Positions 1-16,283 are shown, numbered from the stretch's first letter. The stretch is DNA of 64,000 nt from Syntrophales bacterium (GCA_035366835.1 DAOSIS010000005.1:52-64051), one strand, 5' to 3'. Program-made: numbers and translations. Notes: a model not told the origin generated them from the sequence alone.

Positions 1-26
1 CATAAAGAAGAAGTGGAAGGTCGGGT

Positions 27-176
27 ATGCGAAACATCATTACGTTGGCCTGTACGGACTGCAAGCAGAAGAATTACTCTACGACGAAGAACAAGCGGAC
101 CATGCAGAACCGGCTGGAGTTGAAGAAGTTCTGCAAGTTTTGCAGAACGCACACCCTTCACCGGGAAACGAAATAA
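27..176 (+). CDS. rpmG: 50S ribosomal protein L33
   Basis: Hand translation of an ORF too short for the track: [49 protein letters not shown] (49 aa, two CxxC pairs = zinc-type L33). Classic position upstream of tRNA-Trp/secE/nusG. Confidence 0.9.
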   Translation: MRNIITLACTDCKQKNYSTTKNKRTMQNRLELKKFCKFCRTHTLHRETK

Positions 177-211
177 TGTAAAGGCGGTGCAGGGCGGAAG
201 AAGTCCCGAAC

Positions 212-288
212 AGGCCAGTAGCTCTAATGGATAGAGCGCCGGACTCCAAATCCGGATGCTGGGGGTTCGAGTCCCTCCTGGCCTGCCA
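212..288 (+). tRNA. trnW: tRNA-Trp (anticodon CCA), 3' CCA encoded
   Basis: Cloverleaf folded by hand: acceptor AGGCCAG/CTGGCCT, D arm GCTC..GAGC, anticodon arm CCGGA-CTCCAAA-TCCGG (anticodon CCA), T arm GGGGG-TTCGAGT-CCCTC, discriminator G plus CCA. Conserved rpmG-tRNATrp-secE synteny. Confidence 0.9.
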
Positions 289-324
289 TATTTTTTTCGG
301 GCCTACAAGGGGCAAGAGAGAGGA

Positions 325-528
325 ATGGACAGGCTCAAACTGATCTACGGAAGAGTGAGACAGTTCCTTCTAGAGGCGTTCGCAGAACTGCGGAAGGTGA
401 CATGGCCTACGCCAAAGCAGACGCTCGCTTCGACGTCGGTCGTCATCGTGGTCTCTTTGATCGTTTCGCTTTTTCTTGGAATTGTGGACTTCGGCCTCAC
501 AAAGCTGATCAAGGTGATTCTGGGATAG
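325..528 (+). CDS. secE: preprotein translocase subunit SecE
   Basis: Internal ATG of ORF 256..528, whose 5' part overlaps the tRNA. Product MDRLKLIYGRVRQFLLEAFAELRKVTWPTPKQ... with a single C-terminal TM helix. Lies directly upstream of nusG. Confidence 0.85.
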   Translation: MDRLKLIYGRVRQFLLEAFAELRKVTWPTPKQTLASTSVVIVVSLIVSLFLGIVDFGLTKLIKVILG

Positions 529-532
529 ATTC

Positions 533-1063
533 ATGGCCTTCAAGTGGTACGTCGTACATACCTATTCGGGATTCGAGAACCGCGTGAAGCTTTCGCTGCA
601 GGAGCGGATTCAGGCAGCGGGAATGGAGTCCTTCTTTTCCGACATCCTGATTCCCGAGGAAGATATCGTCGAACTGGTGTCCGGAGAGAAGAAGACCTCC
701 AAGCGCAAGTTTTTCCCCGGGTACATCCTTGTGCGCATGGAAATGAACGAGCAGACATGGCACCTCGTGAAGGATACGCCGAAGGTGACGGGATTTATCG
801 GCAGCAAGGAAAAACCCTCCCCCATTTCCGACAAGGATGTCGACATCCTGAGGACGAGAATCGATGAGGGAACGCTGAAACCGAAGCCGAAATTCCGTTT
901 CGAGATGGGAGACCATGTCCGTATCGTAGACGGTCCCTTCACCAATTTTGAGGGGATCATCGACGAAGTCAAACCGGAAAAGGGGAAACTGCGTGTCATC
1001 GTAAGCATCTTCGGGCGTTCGACGCCCGTCGAGCTGGATTTCATCCAAGTGACGCAAGAATAG
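533..1063 (+). CDS. nusG: transcription termination/antitermination factor NusG
   Basis: 176 aa starting [18 protein letters not shown]..., NGN domain plus C-terminal KOW ([18 protein letters not shown]). Synteny supports. Confidence 0.95.
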   Translation: MAFKWYVVHTYSGFENRVKLSLQERIQAAGMESFFSDILIPEEDIVELVSGEKKTSKRKFFPGYILVRMEMNEQTWHLVKDTPKVTGFIGSKEKPSPISDKDVDILRTRIDEGTLKPKPKFRFEMGDHVRIVDGPFTNFEGIIDEVKPEKGKLRVIVSIFGRSTPVELDFIQVTQE

Positions 1064-1135
1064 TTCCGAAAAAGGCAGGATTGGATCTCTGCAGGGGATC
1101 CTGACTTCACGACAACCATCGGTAGGGTGTTCATC

Positions 1136-1561
1136 ATGGCAAAAAAGGTTATTGCGAGCATCAAACTCCAGCTCAAAGCAGGGAAGGCCACCCCTTCTCC
1201 GCCGGTCGGACCGGCCCTTGGTCAGCACGGCGTCAACATCATGGAATTCTGCAAGGCATACAACGCCATGACGCAGAACCAGGAAGGCAGCGTCATTCCC
1301 GTCGTCATCACCGTATATGCCGACCGATCCTTCACGTTCGTGACCAAGACTCCGCCCGCCTCCGTACTCCTGAAGCAGGCTGCGAAGATCGCAAAGGGTT
1401 CCGGCGATCCGAAGCGGGAGAAGGTGGGAACGGTGACGGAAACCCAGGTTCGGGAAATTGCGGAACTGAAGATGAAGGATCTCAACGCCGTGAATCTGGA
1501 AGGCGCCATCCGGACGATCGAGGGAACGGCGAGATCCATGGGGATCGATATTGTCCGTTAG
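1136..1561 (+). CDS. rplK: 50S ribosomal protein L11
   Basis: [43 protein letters not shown]... Start moved to the MAKK ATG inside ORF 1127..1561. Confidence 0.95.
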   Translation: MAKKVIASIKLQLKAGKATPSPPVGPALGQHGVNIMEFCKAYNAMTQNQEGSVIPVVITVYADRSFTFVTKTPPASVLLKQAAKIAKGSGDPKREKVGTVTETQVREIAELKMKDLNAVNLEGAIRTIEGTARSMGIDIVR

Positions 1562-1657
1562 GCTCCCGGGCGCGTCGATGATCAGAAAGGGTCGCCTGCC
1601 CGGCGGCCGGGATGTCCCGGCAGGAAACGGGATATATCCATATTGAGGGGATCCATC

Positions 1658-2356
1658 ATGTCCAGTAGAGGAAAGTCATACATCGAAGCAAAAAAGAAGG
1701 TTGTTCCCAACAAGCGGTACGGAATGCGGGAAGCAGCCGAGATCGTCATCTCGACGGCACGGGCCAAGTTTGACGAGACGGTTGACGCAGCCATCCGTCT
1801 GGGCGTCAATCCCCAGCATGCGGATCAGATGGTTCGGGGTTCTGTTGTCCTGCCCAACGGCCTGGGAAAAACGGTGCGCGTCCTGGTGTTTGCCAAGGGC
1901 GACAAAGAGAAGGAAGCCCTCGATGCCGGTGCCGATTCCATAGGCTCCGACGAAGTCGTCGAGAAGATCAAGGGAGGATGGCTGGAATTCGACCGCGTCA
2001 TCGCCACGCCCGACATGATGGGCACCGTCGGAAAACTGGGGAAAATCCTCGGCCCCCGCGGCTTGATGCCCAATCCCAAGGTGGGAACGGTGACGTTCGA
2101 CGTCGGCAAGACGGTCAAGGAACTCAAGGCCGGCAAGGTGGAATTCCGGGTTGAGAAGGCCGGCATCGTGCACAGCCCCGTAGGCAAGGTGTCGTTCGGT
2201 GCGGAAAAGCTGGGAGAGAACGTTGCGGCCCTCCTGGACGCGATCATCCGCCTCAAACCGGCATCCAGCAAGGGAATTTACCTGAAGAGCATTTCGCTTT
2301 CCACGACCATGGGACCGGGGGTGAAGATCGACCCCTTGGACGTAAAGAACATCTAA
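1658..2356 (+). CDS. rplA: 50S ribosomal protein L1
   Basis: [15 protein letters not shown]...[15 protein letters not shown]...; internal ATG of ORF 1643..2356 chosen. The start is uncertain by 5 codons. Confidence 0.92.
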   Translation: MSSRGKSYIEAKKKVVPNKRYGMREAAEIVISTARAKFDETVDAAIRLGVNPQHADQMVRGSVVLPNGLGKTVRVLVFAKGDKEKEALDAGADSIGSDEVVEKIKGGWLEFDRVIATPDMMGTVGKLGKILGPRGLMPNPKVGTVTFDVGKTVKELKAGKVEFRVEKAGIVHSPVGKVSFGAEKLGENVAALLDAIIRLKPASSKGIYLKSISLSTTMGPGVKIDPLDVKNI

Positions 2357-2620
2357 CTTCCAAACCCGGCCGGAAGTCTGGCGGCCGAAGGTTCGGACTA
2401 CGAAGTGTCGGAGACAGCAGGTACAGGGAGTTTAATCGACGGAAGTCGGCCTGCCGAGACCAAATCGCGGTGTGTTCCCGTAGCGGACAGTAAACCGGAT
2501 TGTTTTTCTGATTTCTCCCTGTATCGTGCCCTGTTTTCCGATGTTCGGTTCGGCTTTGCAGCCTTCTTTGCCGGGAGAGAAGATATTGGTCAGGAGAAGG
2601 ATCAGGAAAGGAGGTCGAAT
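2357..2620 (+). promoter_or_regulatory. long untranslated leader of rplJ-rplL (candidate L10 autoregulatory leader)
   Basis: 264 nt between rplA and the TTG start of rplJ. The in-frame ORF extension (2405..2620) has no L10-like sequence. Bacteria commonly carry an L10(L12)4-binding leader here. Structure not modelled. Confidence 0.4.
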
Positions 2621-3145
2621 TTGGATCGGAAAACGAAAGAACAGGTAGTCGCCGAGCTCAACGAGCAACTTCGGGACGTCAAGCTTGCCGTCCTGACGGG
2701 ATACTCGGGGATGGACGTGGCGAAACTCACGGCGCTTCGCAATGTCTTGCGGAAGTCGGGGACAGAGTTCCGGGTGGTGAAGAATACGCTGTTGCGGATT
2801 GCCTCCAAGGATACTTCGTTCAGTGCTCTGGAACAGCATTTCAAAGGGCCGCTGGCGGTTGTCATCAACCGCGGGGATGCCGTTGAAATGACCAAGGTGC
2901 TCACGGAATTCGCCCGGAAAAACGCCCAACTGGAAATCAAGGCAGGCATTCTCGAAGGCCGTGTGCTGTCCAAGAGCGACATCAGCTTGCTGGCCGAGCT
3001 TCCCAGCCGGGAAGTTCTTCTGGCGAAACTCCTGTCGCTGCTGGTCGGTGTACAGGGCAAGCTGGTGAACGTGCTGAGCGCGGTTCCGAGGTCATTCGTC
3101 GGGGTTCTCGACGCGTATCGGGTCAAGAAGGAATCTGCCAACTAA
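2621..3145 (+). CDS. rplJ: 50S ribosomal protein L10
   Basis: TTG start 6 nt after AAAGGAGG. Product LDRKTKEQVVAELNEQLRDVKLAVLTGYSGMDVAKLTALR..., 174 aa, a typical L10 length. Confidence 0.9.
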   Translation: MDRKTKEQVVAELNEQLRDVKLAVLTGYSGMDVAKLTALRNVLRKSGTEFRVVKNTLLRIASKDTSFSALEQHFKGPLAVVINRGDAVEMTKVLTEFARKNAQLEIKAGILEGRVLSKSDISLLAELPSREVLLAKLLSLLVGVQGKLVNVLSAVPRSFVGVLDAYRVKKESAN

Positions 3146-3175
3146 ACAATCATCATACAGGAAGGAAGAAGAGCG

Positions 3176-3565
3176 ATGGCAAATCAGACAACCAAAGAGG
3201 ACGTGATCAAATTCATCGAATCGATGACGGTATTGGAGCTTTCTCAGCTGGTCAAGGAGTTGGAAGAGAAATTCGGCGTGACCGCGGCGGCGCCTGTTGC
3301 CGTGGCCGCTGCAGCGGCAGCCGGACCTGTCCAGCAGGCGGCGGCGGAGGAGAAGACCGAATTCGATACCATCCTCACCGGTTTCGGGGAAAATAAAATT
3401 CAGGTGATCAAGGTCATTCGTCAGATCACCAGCCTGGGTCTCAAGGAGGCCAAGGACCTGGTGGACGGCGTGCCCAAGCCGATCAAGGAAGCCGTCTCCA
3501 AGGACGAAGCGGCCGACATCAAGAAGAAGATCGAGGAAGCCGGCGGAACCGTCGAAATCAAATGA
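3176..3565 (+). CDS. rplL: 50S ribosomal protein L7/L12
   Basis: 129 aa with Ala-rich hinge ([15 protein letters not shown]) and C-terminal KEAKDLVDG...[10 protein letters not shown]. Confidence 0.96.
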   Translation: MANQTTKEDVIKFIESMTVLELSQLVKELEEKFGVTAAAPVAVAAAAAAGPVQQAAAEEKTEFDTILTGFGENKIQVIKVIRQITSLGLKEAKDLVDGVPKPIKEAVSKDEAADIKKKIEEAGGTVEIK

Positions 3566-3626
3566 TGCAGGGTTGACGATGTGAAGCGGCGACAGGGGGC
3601 CTTCCAGGCCCTCGCATGGAGATGAT

Positions 3627-3657
3627 CTCGGCGTCCTGCAAGTGGCGGGACGCCGAG
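3627..3657 (+). promoter_or_regulatory. rplL-rpoB intergenic hairpin (candidate attenuator)
   Basis: Perfect 10-bp stem CTCGGCGTCC/GGACGCCGAG with an 11-nt loop and no U-tract. An attenuator is known at this position in E. coli. Confidence 0.35.
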
Positions 3658-3668
3658 CCTGCTAAAGG

Positions 3669-7769
<4,101 letters not shown>

Positions 7770-7854
7770 GCTCCTCCGAGTAAGGCCCCGGGGATCCGCT
7801 TCGCGAGTGCGGATGCTGCGGGGACGGGACAAAACCTTTTTATAGGGGAAATCT

Positions 7855-10800
7855 GTGGAAGACGTTTTCAGCTATTTCGAGAAGCCGAAGGATCCGATCC
7901 GTTTCAATGCGATCCGGATGTCGATCGCCTCTCCGGAGGAGATTCTTTCCTGGTCGCACGGCGAAGTCAAGAAACCGGAGACGATCAATTACCGGACCTT
8001 CAAGCCCGAGCGCGACGGATTGTTCTGCGCCAAGATTTTCGGACCTGTCAAAGACTACGAGTGTCTGTGCGGACGCTACAAGCGCATGAAGCACAGGGGC
8101 GTGGTGTGCGAAAAATGCGGTGTGGAAGTGATCCAGTCCAAGGTTCGCCGCGAGCGGATGGGCCACATTGTGCTGGCCACGCCGGTCGCGCATATCTGGT
8201 TCCTCAAGAGCCTTCCCAGCCGCATCGGCAACGTCCTGGATCTGACCCTGAAGGAACTGGAACGTGTCCTGTATTTCGAGTCCTGGATCGTGCTCGATCC
8301 GAAACAGACGCCGCTGGAGAAGAAGCAGCTTCTGACGGATGAGGAATATGCGGAACTGAAGGAACAGTACGGTGAAGAGGCCTTCGTAGCGGGAATCGGC
8401 GCCGAAGCCATCCGGACCATCCTCGAGGAGATCGATCTCGAGAAGATGGACCAGGAGATCCGTGACGATCTCAAGACCACCTCTTCCGACACGAAGCGCA
8501 AGCGGCTCATCAAGAGACTGAAGGTCATCGAGGCGCTGAGAAAGTCGGGAAACCGGCCGGAATGGATGATCCTGACGGTCCTTCCCGTCATTCCTCCGGA
8601 CCTCCGGCCGCTGGTGCCCTTGGACGGCGGCCGCTTCGCGACCTCCGACCTGAACGACCTGTACCGCCGGGTGATCAACCGGAACAATCGCTTGAAGAGG
8701 CTCCAGGAACTGAACGCACCCGAGATCATCATCCGGAACGAGAAGCGCATGCTGCAGGAAGCCGTCGACGTCCTGTTCGACAACGGTCGGCGGGGCCGGG
8801 CCATCACGGGAACGAACAAGCGGCCGTTGCGCTCCCTGTCGGACATGCTCAAGGGGAAGCAGGGCCGTTTCCGTCAGAACCTGCTGGGAAAGCGCGTCGA
8901 TTACTCCGGCCGGTCCGTCATCGTGGTCGGGCCGGATTTGAGGCTGCACCAGTGCGGCCTTCCGAAAAAAGTGGCGCTGGAGCTGTTCAAACCTTTCATC
9001 TACAACCGGCTGCACGAAAAGGGGTATGTGACGACCGTCAAGAGCGCCAAGAAGATGGTCGAAAGGGAGACCGCGGAGGTTTGGGACGCCCTGGACGAAG
9101 TCGTGCGCGAGTACCCGGTCATGCTGAACCGGGCGCCCACCCTGCACCGGCTCGGCATGCAGGCGTTCGAACCGCTGCTGATCGAAGGGAAGGCCATCCA
9201 GCTGCATCCGCTCGTCTGCACCGCTTTCAATGCGGACTTCGACGGCGACCAGATGGCCGTCCACGTGCCGCTTTCGATCGAAGCACAGACGGAAGCCCGC
9301 GTGCTGATGATGTCCACCAACAACATCCTGTCCCCCGCGAACGGCAAACCGATCATCATTCCCAGCCAGGACATCGTCCTGGGGATTTACTACCTGACGC
9401 GGGGACGGAGCGGCGTCAAGGGCGAGGGGATGGTCTTCTCGGGCGTCGAAGAAGTGCGGCGAGCCCTGGACGCCGGCGTCGTCGACCTGCACGCGAGGAT
9501 CGAGGTCCGCATCGACGGCGAGCGGAAGAAGACCACGGTCGGGCGGATCGTGCTGTATGAAGTCGTGCCCAGGGAAATCGGCTTCGACTACATCAACAAA
9601 CTGATGAACAAGAAGGAAATGGCGAGCCTCATCGATTACTGCTACCGGACCTGCGGCGAGAAGACGACGGTCCTGCTGGCCGACCGCCTCAAGGATCTGG
9701 GCTTCCGGTACGCGACGATCGCCGGCGTTTCCTTTGCCCTGCACAATCTGGTGGTTCCGGCCAACAAGAAGGATATCGTCAGCAAGGCCGACAAGGACGT
9801 CCTGCGGATCCAGAAGCAGTACATGGACGGTTTGATCACCGACGGCGAGCGCTACAACAAGGTCATCGATATCTGGGCCCAGGCGACGGAAAAGATCGCC
9901 TCCGAAATGATGGTCGGCATCGGCAGCGATGCGACGGCCCTTCCCGAAGGGGACAAGACGAAGACCGAGAGCTTCAACCCCATCTACATGATGGCGGACT
10001 CCGGTGCCAGGGGCAGCGCCGTGCAGATCCGCCAGCTCGCAGGGATGAGAGGCCTCATGGCGAAACCGTCGGGGGAAATCATCGAGACCCCGATCACGGC
10101 CAACTTCCGCGAGGGGCTTACGGTCCTGCAGTATTTCATCTCGACGCACGGCGCCCGGAAGGGCCTCGCCGATACGGCGCTCAAGACGGCCAATTCGGGA
10201 TATCTGACCCGCAGGCTCGTCGATGTCGCGCAGGACTGCATCATCACGGAAGAGGACTGCGGTACGGTTGATGGAATCTACGTCTCCGCCTTGATGGAAG
10301 GCGGCGAGATCATCGAGCCGGCCGGAGAACGCGTTCTCGGCCGGGTCGTCCTGGAAAACATCGATGACCCGTACACGGGCGAAGTCCTGGTCAAGGCGAA
10401 TTCGCTGATCGATGAAGCGCTGGCGGAGCGCATCGACCGCGCCGGCATCGAACGCGTCAACATCCGGTCGGTGCTTACGTGCAAATCGAAGCACGGGGTC
10501 TGCGCCATGTGCTACGGCCGCGACCTTGCTCACGGGCACCTGGTCAATATCGGCGAGTCCGTCGGGATCATCGCCGCCCAGTCCATCGGTGAACCGGGTA
10601 CGCAGTTGACGATGCGGACCTTCCACATCGGCGGTACCGCAAAATTCGAAGAGCACTCCACGCTGGAGGCCCGCCACGACGGGACCGTCCGCTTCACGAA
10701 CCTGCATACAGTCAAGACCAAGGGCAGGGACAAGGACAGCGTCGTCATGAACCGCAACGGCGAAATCCATGTCCTCGACGAACACAAGCGAAGTCGCGGG

Positions 10801-12015
10801 AAATACCCCGTTCCCTACGGCGCGCATATCAAGGTCGGCGACGGCAGTGAAGTGAAGAAGGGGACCTTGATTGCAGAATGGGATCCCTTTGCCGTCCCGA
10901 TCCTCGCCGAGGTCGAAGGCACCGTGAAATTCGGCGATGTCGTCGAAGGGAAAACCATGCAGGAGCAGGTGGACGAGGTGACGGGTCTGTCGCGCAAGGT
11001 CATCATCGAATACAAGGACCCTGATCTCCGCCCCCGCATCTCGATCAAGGACAAGAAAGGCAAGACGGCGAAAGTTCCCGGCACGAATTCCGTGGCGAGG
11101 TATCTGCTGTCCGTCGGCGTGAACATCGTCGTTTCCGAAGGCGATACGGTCAGCGCCGGAGACATCATCGCCAAGATTCCGCGCGAAACGACGAAGACGA
11201 AGGACATCACGGGCGGTCTGCCGCGGGTCGCCGAGTTGTTTGAGGCGCGCAAGCCGAAGGAATTCGCCGTCATCAGCGAGATCGACGGCGTCGTCTCCTA
11301 CGGCAAGGATTCCAAGGGGAAGAGAAAGATCATCGTGACGCCGGATTCGGATGAGCAGAAGGAATATCTCATCCCGAAGGGGAAACATGTCAGCGTCCAG
11401 GAAGGCGACCGCGTGATGGCCGGTGAGCCCCTGATGGACGGGATCAACAACCCGCACGACCTGCTCATGATCAAAGGGGAAAAGGAGCTGGCCCGCTATC
11501 TCGTCGACGAGGTGCAGGAGGTGTACCGTCTGCAGGGCGTGAAGATCAACGACAAGCACATGGAGGTCATCGTCCGGCAGATGCTGCGCAGGCTCATCGT
11601 GAAAGATCCGGGCGACACCTCGTTCATCACCGACGAGCAGGTAGAGCGGCACCGCTTCCAGGAAGAAAACGAGCGTGTCGTCGAGAAGGGCGGGAAACCC
11701 GCCGTCGGAGAGCCGATTCTCATGGGGATCACCAAGGCGTCGCTCTCGACGCAGAGCTTCATCTCCGCGGCGTCCTTCCAGGAAACGACCCGCGTGCTGA
11801 CGGAAGCGGCCCTTGCCGGCAAGACCGATTACCTGCGCGGTCTCAAGGAAAACGTCATCATGGGAAGGCTGATTCCGGCGGGGACCGGACTGCCGATGTA
11901 CCGGAAGTTGGGCATTCAAACGGATGAGCCGGAGTTGCCCCCGCAGGAGCCTGAAATGCAGACCAACAGCGACGAATCGGATGAGAAAGTGCTTGACATC
12001 CAGGCGTCGAATTGA
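7855..12015 (+). CDS. rpoC: DNA-directed RNA polymerase subunit beta'
   Basis: 1386 aa, GTG start. Zinc finger [20 protein letters not shown] and catalytic [12 protein letters not shown] motif. Confidence 0.98.
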   Translation: MEDVFSYFEKPKDPIRFNAIRMSIASPEEILSWSHGEVKKPETINYRTFKPERDGLFCAKIFGPVKDYECLCGRYKRMKHRGVVCEKCGVEVIQSKVRRERMGHIVLATPVAHIWFLKSLPSRIGNVLDLTLKELERVLYFESWIVLDPKQTPLEKKQLLTDEEYAELKEQYGEEAFVAGIGAEAIRTILEEIDLEKMDQEIRDDLKTTSSDTKRKRLIKRLKVIEALRKSGNRPEWMILTVLPVIPPDLRPLVPLDGGRFATSDLNDLYRRVINRNNRLKRLQELNAPEIIIRNEKRMLQEAVDVLFDNGRRGRAITGTNKRPLRSLSDMLKGKQGRFRQNLLGKRVDYSGRSVIVVGPDLRLHQCGLPKKVALELFKPFIYNRLHEKGYVTTVKSAKKMVERETAEVWDALDEVVREYPVMLNRAPTLHRLGMQAFEPLLIEGKAIQLHPLVCTAFNADFDGDQMAVHVPLSIEAQTEARVLMMSTNNILSPANGKPIIIPSQDIVLGIYYLTRGRSGVKGEGMVFSGVEEVRRALDAGVVDLHARIEVRIDGERKKTTVGRIVLYEVVPREIGFDYINKLMNKKEMASLIDYCYRTCGEKTTVLLADRLKDLGFRYATIAGVSFALHNLVVPANKKDIVSKADKDVLRIQKQYMDGLITDGERYNKVIDIWAQATEKIASEMMVGIGSDATALPEGDKTKTESFNPIYMMADSGARGSAVQIRQLAGMRGLMAKPSGEIIETPITANFREGLTVLQYFISTHGARKGLADTALKTANSGYLTRRLVDVAQDCIITEEDCGTVDGIYVSALMEGGEIIEPAGERVLGRVVLENIDDPYTGEVLVKANSLIDEALAERIDRAGIERVNIRSVLTCKSKHGVCAMCYGRDLAHGHLVNIGESVGIIAAQSIGEPGTQLTMRTFHIGGTAKFEEHSTLEARHDGTVRFTNLHTVKTKGRDKDSVVMNRNGEIHVLDEHKRSRGKYPVPYGAHIKVGDGSEVKKGTLIAEWDPFAVPILAEVEGTVKFGDVVEGKTMQEQVDEVTGLSRKVIIEYKDPDLRPRISIKDKKGKTAKVPGTNSVARYLLSVGVNIVVSEGDTVSAGDIIAKIPRETTKTKDITGGLPRVAELFEARKPKEFAVISEIDGVVSYGKDSKGKRKIIVTPDSDEQKEYLIPKGKHVSVQEGDRVMAGEPLMDGINNPHDLLMIKGEKELARYLVDEVQEVYRLQGVKINDKHMEVIVRQMLRRLIVKDPGDTSFITDEQVERHRFQEENERVVEKGGKPAVGEPILMGITKASLSTQSFISAASFQETTRVLTEAALAGKTDYLRGLKENVIMGRLIPAGTGLPMYRKLGIQTDEPELPPQEPEMQTNSDESDEKVLDIQASN

Positions 12016-12077
12016 TACGAGATCAAGCTTTTCGTACACTGCCCGTTTGATGGCGGGCATAGGAACCGGGAGGAACG

Positions 12078-12449
12078 ATGCCGACGATCAACCAATTGGT
12101 CCGGAAGGGAAGAATGAAGATCCGGAAAAAGACCTCGACACCGGCGCTGGGAAGCTCACCTCAGAGGCGCGGGGTGTGTGTCAGGGTCTATACGACGACG
12201 CCGAAAAAGCCGAACTCGGCGCTCCGTAAAGTGGCCAGGGTCAGGCTGACGAGCGGGTATGAAGTGACATCCTATATCCCCGGCGTCGGGCACAACCTGC
12301 AGGAGCACTCCGTCGTCCTGGTGAGGGGCGGGAGGGTCAAGGACCTTCCGGGCGTTCGTTATCACATCATTCGTGGCACGCTGGATGCGGTGGGCGTCCA
12401 GGACCGCAAGCAAGGCCGGTCCAAGTACGGCGCCAAGAAACCGAGCTGA
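12078..12449 (+). CDS. rpsL: 30S ribosomal protein S12
   Basis: [12 protein letters not shown]...[18 protein letters not shown]... Confidence 0.97.
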   Translation: MPTINQLVRKGRMKIRKKTSTPALGSSPQRRGVCVRVYTTTPKKPNSALRKVARVRLTSGYEVTSYIPGVGHNLQEHSVVLVRGGRVKDLPGVRYHIIRGTLDAVGVQDRKQGRSKYGAKKPS

Positions 12450-12466
12450 GTGAAGGACGGTAAGAT

Positions 12467-12937
12467 ATGCCGAGGAGACGAGAAGTCGCGAAGAGGGAGA
12501 TCCTGCCGGACCCCAAGTACAACAACAAGCTGGTGGCGAAATTCATCAACAGCTTGATGAGACGCGGGAAGAAGAGCGTGGCCGAATCCATCCTCTATGG
12601 AGCGCTGGAATTCATCGAAAAACGCGCCAAGGAACAGCCGGTCGAAGTTTTCGAAAAGGCCGTGAACAATGCCAAACCGCTCATCGAAGTGAAGTCGAGA
12701 CGCGTCGGCGGTTCCACCTATCAGGTGCCGACGGAGGTGCCGCAGGGCCGGAGAATCGCCTTGGGGATCCGCTGGCTGATCTCCAACGCGCAGGAGCGCA
12801 CGGAAAAGACCATGAGAGAGAAACTGGCGGGTGAACTGATCGACGCCGCCAACAACCGGGGCGGGGCCATCAAGAAGAGAGAGGCCGTGCACAAGATGGC
12901 GGAAGCGAACAAGGCGTTTGCCCATTATCGGTTTTAG
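12467..12937 (+). CDS. rpsG: 30S ribosomal protein S7
   Basis: [28 protein letters not shown]..., 156 aa. Confidence 0.97.
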   Translation: MPRRREVAKREILPDPKYNNKLVAKFINSLMRRGKKSVAESILYGALEFIEKRAKEQPVEVFEKAVNNAKPLIEVKSRRVGGSTYQVPTEVPQGRRIALGIRWLISNAQERTEKTMREKLAGELIDAANNRGGAIKKREAVHKMAEANKAFAHYRF

Positions 12938-13076
12938 AAACGGGGCCGGTCTTTCGTTTCGGCGGGAAATCGCCGCCGGGAAAACGGCGTGGAACTCGAC
13001 GGATGCAGATCGCTCTTCCGGAGAGCGAAGAAGAGACGACAAGACGAACCATCAACGTTGAAGGAGGGAAGGAGAG

Positions 13077-14270
13077 ATGGCGAAGAAGAAATTTGAAAGG
13101 ACGAAGCCGCATCTCAATATCGGCACGATCGGCCACGTGGATCATGGCAAGACCACCCTTACGGCTGCCATAACCAAGCATCTCGCGAAGAAAGGGTTCG
13201 CCGAATTCAGGCCCTTTGATTCCATCGACAACGCCCCCGAAGAAAAGGAAAGAGGCGTGACCATCAACATCTCGCACGTGGAATATGAGACGGCGAAACG
13301 GCATTATGCCCACGTCGACTGCCCCGGCCATGCCGACTACATCAAGAACATGATTTCGGGCGCGGCGCACATGGACGGTGCCATTCTCGTCGTGGCCGCT
13401 TCGGAAGGACCCATGCCGCAGACCCGAGAGCACATCCTCCTTGCCCGTCAGGTCCAGGTTCCCTACATCGTCGTCTATCTCAACAAGGTGGACCTTGTTG
13501 ACGACCCGGAACTCCTTGACCTGGTCGAACTCGAGCTTCGCGAACTCCTTACCCAGTATGAATTCCCCGGCGACAAGATTCCCATCATCCGCGGCTCGGC
13601 GCTCAAGGCGCTGGAGGCGGACGATCCCGATTCGCCGGACGCCAAGTCCATCTGGGAATTGATGGACGCGGTCGACAGTTATGTCCCCGAGCCGGTCCGC
13701 GATCTCGAAAAGCCCTTCCTGATGCCTGTCGGCGACGTCTTCAGCATCTCCGGGCGCGGCACGGTCGTCACTGGCAGGGTGGACCGCGGCATCGTGCGGA
13801 CGGGCGAAGAAGTCGAGATCGTCGGCATCCGTCCTTCGTTCAAGACGGTTTGCACCGGCGTCGAGATGTTCCGCAAGACCCTCGATGAAGGACGCGCCGG
13901 CGATGACATCGGCGTCCTGCTCCGCGGGACCAAGCGGGAGGAAGTGGAAAGGGGCCAGGTCGTGGCAAAACCGGGGTCCATTACGCCCCATACGAAATTC
14001 AAGGCAGCCGTTTACGTGCTGACCAAGGAAGAAGGCGGCCGGCACACGCCCTTCTTCTCGGGGTATCGGCCCCAGTTCTATTTCCGGACGACGGACGTGA
14101 CGGGTGTCACGACGCTCCCGGAAGGCGTGGAAATGGTGATGCCCGGAGACAACGTCAACGTGGAAATCGCGCTCATTACGCCGATCGCCATGGAGGAGCA
14201 GCTGCGCTTCGCCATTCGCGAGGGCGGTCGCACGGTCGGCGCGGGTGTCGTGAGCAAGATCATCGAATAG
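13077..14270 (+). CDS. tuf: translation elongation factor Tu
   Basis: 397 aa with [17 protein letters not shown] and NKVD GTPase motifs. Confidence 0.98.
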   Translation: MAKKKFERTKPHLNIGTIGHVDHGKTTLTAAITKHLAKKGFAEFRPFDSIDNAPEEKERGVTINISHVEYETAKRHYAHVDCPGHADYIKNMISGAAHMDGAILVVAASEGPMPQTREHILLARQVQVPYIVVYLNKVDLVDDPELLDLVELELRELLTQYEFPGDKIPIIRGSALKALEADDPDSPDAKSIWELMDAVDSYVPEPVRDLEKPFLMPVGDVFSISGRGTVVTGRVDRGIVRTGEEVEIVGIRPSFKTVCTGVEMFRKTLDEGRAGDDIGVLLRGTKREEVERGQVVAKPGSITPHTKFKAAVYVLTKEEGGRHTPFFSGYRPQFYFRTTDVTGVTTLPEGVEMVMPGDNVNVEIALITPIAMEEQLRFAIREGGRTVGAGVVSKIIE

Positions 14271-14303
14271 GGATTGGATAATCCGGGGATCGATAAGGGA
14301 TCT

Positions 14304-14612
14304 ATGAAAGATCAAAAGATACGAATACGTCTGAAGGCATACGACTACAAACTCCTGGACCGGTCCGTGGAGGACATCGTGGAAACCGCACGGCGGACGG
14401 GTGCCCGGGTCGCCGGGCCCATTCCTCTGCCGACCGAGATCAACCGCTACTGCGTGAATCGATCTCCGCACGTGGACAAGAAGTCCCGGGAACAGTTCGA
14501 GATTCGAACCCACAAGCGTCTGATCGACATCATCGAGCCGACGCAGTCCACGGTGGATGCGCTGATGAAACTGGACCTGTCGGCAGGGGTGGACGTCGAG
14601 ATCAAGCTGTAG
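14304..14612 (+). CDS. rpsJ: 30S ribosomal protein S10
   Basis: [29 protein letters not shown]... Start is the ATG inside the TTG-initiated ORF 14274..14612. Confidence 0.94.
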   Translation: MKDQKIRIRLKAYDYKLLDRSVEDIVETARRTGARVAGPIPLPTEINRYCVNRSPHVDKKSREQFEIRTHKRLIDIIEPTQSTVDALMKLDLSAGVDVEIKL

Positions 14613-14701
14613 CCCGATGAAAAAGCTTGGCGGCCGACGGGTTCCCTCGTGACGGAGTTCTCGGAGACCTTTTTCCGGCCGTACCGGATAGTGTGGTGAA
14701 C

Positions 14702-15346
14702 ATGAGCAAAGGATTGATCGGCAAGAAATTGGGGATGACCCAGGTATTCGCGGAAGATGGATCGGCCGTCTCGGTGACGGTGATCGAGGTGGAGTCTTCC
14801 GTCGTCATTCAGAAGAAGACGAAAGAGACGGACGGGTATGACGCCGTTCAACTCGGATACGGTCGCATCAAGCAGAGTCGGGTCACCAAGCCGCTGCAGG
14901 GGCATTTGAACAAAGCGGGAAAAGGCCTGTTCAAGATTCTGCGCGAGATCCGCGTGGACGAAGGCGATCAGTACGAGGTCGGTCAGGAGCTGAAGGCGGA
15001 TCTCTTTGCAGCCGGGGAGCGCGTCGACATCGTCGGCACGACCAAGGGCAAGGGATTTGCGGGCGTCATGAAACGGCACGGGTTCCGCGGCGGCGCGGCG
15101 ACCCACGGTTCCATGTTTCACCGGGCGCCGGGCTCGATCGGCGCCAGCGCTGACCCGTCGCGTGTCTTCAAGGGGACGCGCATGGCGGGCCAGATGGGTC
15201 ATGTGAGGAACACCGTTCAGAATCTTGTCGTATGGAGCGTGAGACCGGACCAGAACGTATTGCTGGTCAAGGGGCCCGTTCCCGGCTGCCGAAATGGTTA
15301 CGTCCTCGTGAAGAGAGCGGTCAAAGCGGGAAACGAAAGGATCTAG
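14702..15346 (+). CDS. rplC: 50S ribosomal protein L3
   Basis: [16 protein letters not shown]... Internal ATG of ORF 14627..15346. Confidence 0.94.
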   Translation: MSKGLIGKKLGMTQVFAEDGSAVSVTVIEVESSVVIQKKTKETDGYDAVQLGYGRIKQSRVTKPLQGHLNKAGKGLFKILREIRVDEGDQYEVGQELKADLFAAGERVDIVGTTKGKGFAGVMKRHGFRGGAATHGSMFHRAPGSIGASADPSRVFKGTRMAGQMGHVRNTVQNLVVWSVRPDQNVLLVKGPVPGCRNGYVLVKRAVKAGNERI

Positions 15347-15355
15347 AGGTCAGAA

Positions 15356-15979
15356 ATGCCGACAGCGGACATATACGATATCGAGAAGAACAAGGTGTCC
15401 GAAATCGAGCTCAACGAAGCCGTTTTCGGTGCCGAGGTGAACGAAACCGTCATCCACGAAGTCGTCAAGATGCAGATGGCCTCCAGGCGGCAAGGCACGA
15501 GCTCGACGAAGCGCAGGCATGATGTGAGCGGCGGAGGGAAGAAGCCTTGGCGGCAGAAGGGGACCGGGCGGGCGAGAGCCGGATCGAGCCGTTCTCCTGT
15601 ATGGCGTGGCGGCGGGATCGTTTTCGGTCCTCATCCCCGGGATTATGCCTACCGGGTGCCCAAGAAGGTGAAACGGCTGGGGCTTGTCTCCGCGCTGAGC
15701 ATGAAGCTCAAAGAGGAAAGGCTGTTGATCCTGAGGGATTTCCCGATGGAGGAAATCAAGACGAAGCGCTTCAAAGAGGTGGTGGACCGCTTTGGTCTGA
15801 AAAAGGCCCTTTTTGTGCTGGACAAGGCCTATCCCAACTTGGAGAAATCCTCCCGGAACCTCCAGGGGATGAAAATGATCCGTTCGGAGGGCATCAACGT
15901 ATACGATCTCGTGAATTTCGATCACCTGGTTCTCCTGGAACCCTCCGTGAAAAAAATCGAGGGGGCGCTGCTGGCATAA
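15356..15979 (+). CDS. rplD: 50S ribosomal protein L4
   Basis: 207 aa; GGGKKPWRQKGTGRARAGS motif. Confidence 0.95.
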   Translation: MPTADIYDIEKNKVSEIELNEAVFGAEVNETVIHEVVKMQMASRRQGTSSTKRRHDVSGGGKKPWRQKGTGRARAGSSRSPVWRGGGIVFGPHPRDYAYRVPKKVKRLGLVSALSMKLKEERLLILRDFPMEEIKTKRFKEVVDRFGLKKALFVLDKAYPNLEKSSRNLQGMKMIRSEGINVYDLVNFDHLVLLEPSVKKIEGALLA

Positions 15980-16266
15980 TGGATACGCATTACATCATCA
16001 AACGGTCGATCGTTACGGAAAAGAGCGCCGCAACCAAGGACGAGCGGAACCAGTATGTGTTCGAGGTGGACCCGCGGGCGAACAAGATCGAAATCGGCAG
16101 GGCCGTGGAAAAGCTCTTCAAGGTGAGGGTCCTTGATGTCCGCACCGCCAACGTCATCGGCAAGAAGAAGCGGATGGGGCGGATCGTCGGTCAGAAGCGT
16201 TCGTGGAAGAAGGCGATTGTGACGCTGGCTCCAGGCAGCACGATTCAGATTTACGAAGGTGTGTAG
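15979..16266 (+). CDS. rplW: 50S ribosomal protein L23
   Basis: [39 protein letters not shown]... TAATG overlap with the rplD stop. Confidence 0.93.
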   Translation: MDTHYIIKRSIVTEKSAATKDERNQYVFEVDPRANKIEIGRAVEKLFKVRVLDVRTANVIGKKKRMGRIVGQKRSWKKAIVTLAPGSTIQIYEGV

Positions 16267-16283
16267 GAAGAGGGTGGCCATCC

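Noticed and set aside
2405-2620. 72-codon N-terminal extension of the rplJ ORF (ATG at 2405)
   Set aside because: The extension has no L10-like sequence. A TTG with a perfect AAAGGAGG RBS at 2621 gives a normal 174-aa L10. The region is more plausibly the untranslated L10 leader.
7840-12060. 1406-aa stop-free ORF on the minus strand covering all of rpoC
   Set aside because: It is exactly antisense to a highly conserved gene. The translation is Arg/Leu/Asp/Gly/His-rich and low-complexity with no recognisable motif. This is the typical shadow ORF produced by GC-rich codon bias (GC3 pattern) on the opposite strand.
12870-14513. 547-aa minus-strand ORF antisense to tuf
   Set aside because: Shadow of EF-Tu, one of the most conserved genes known.
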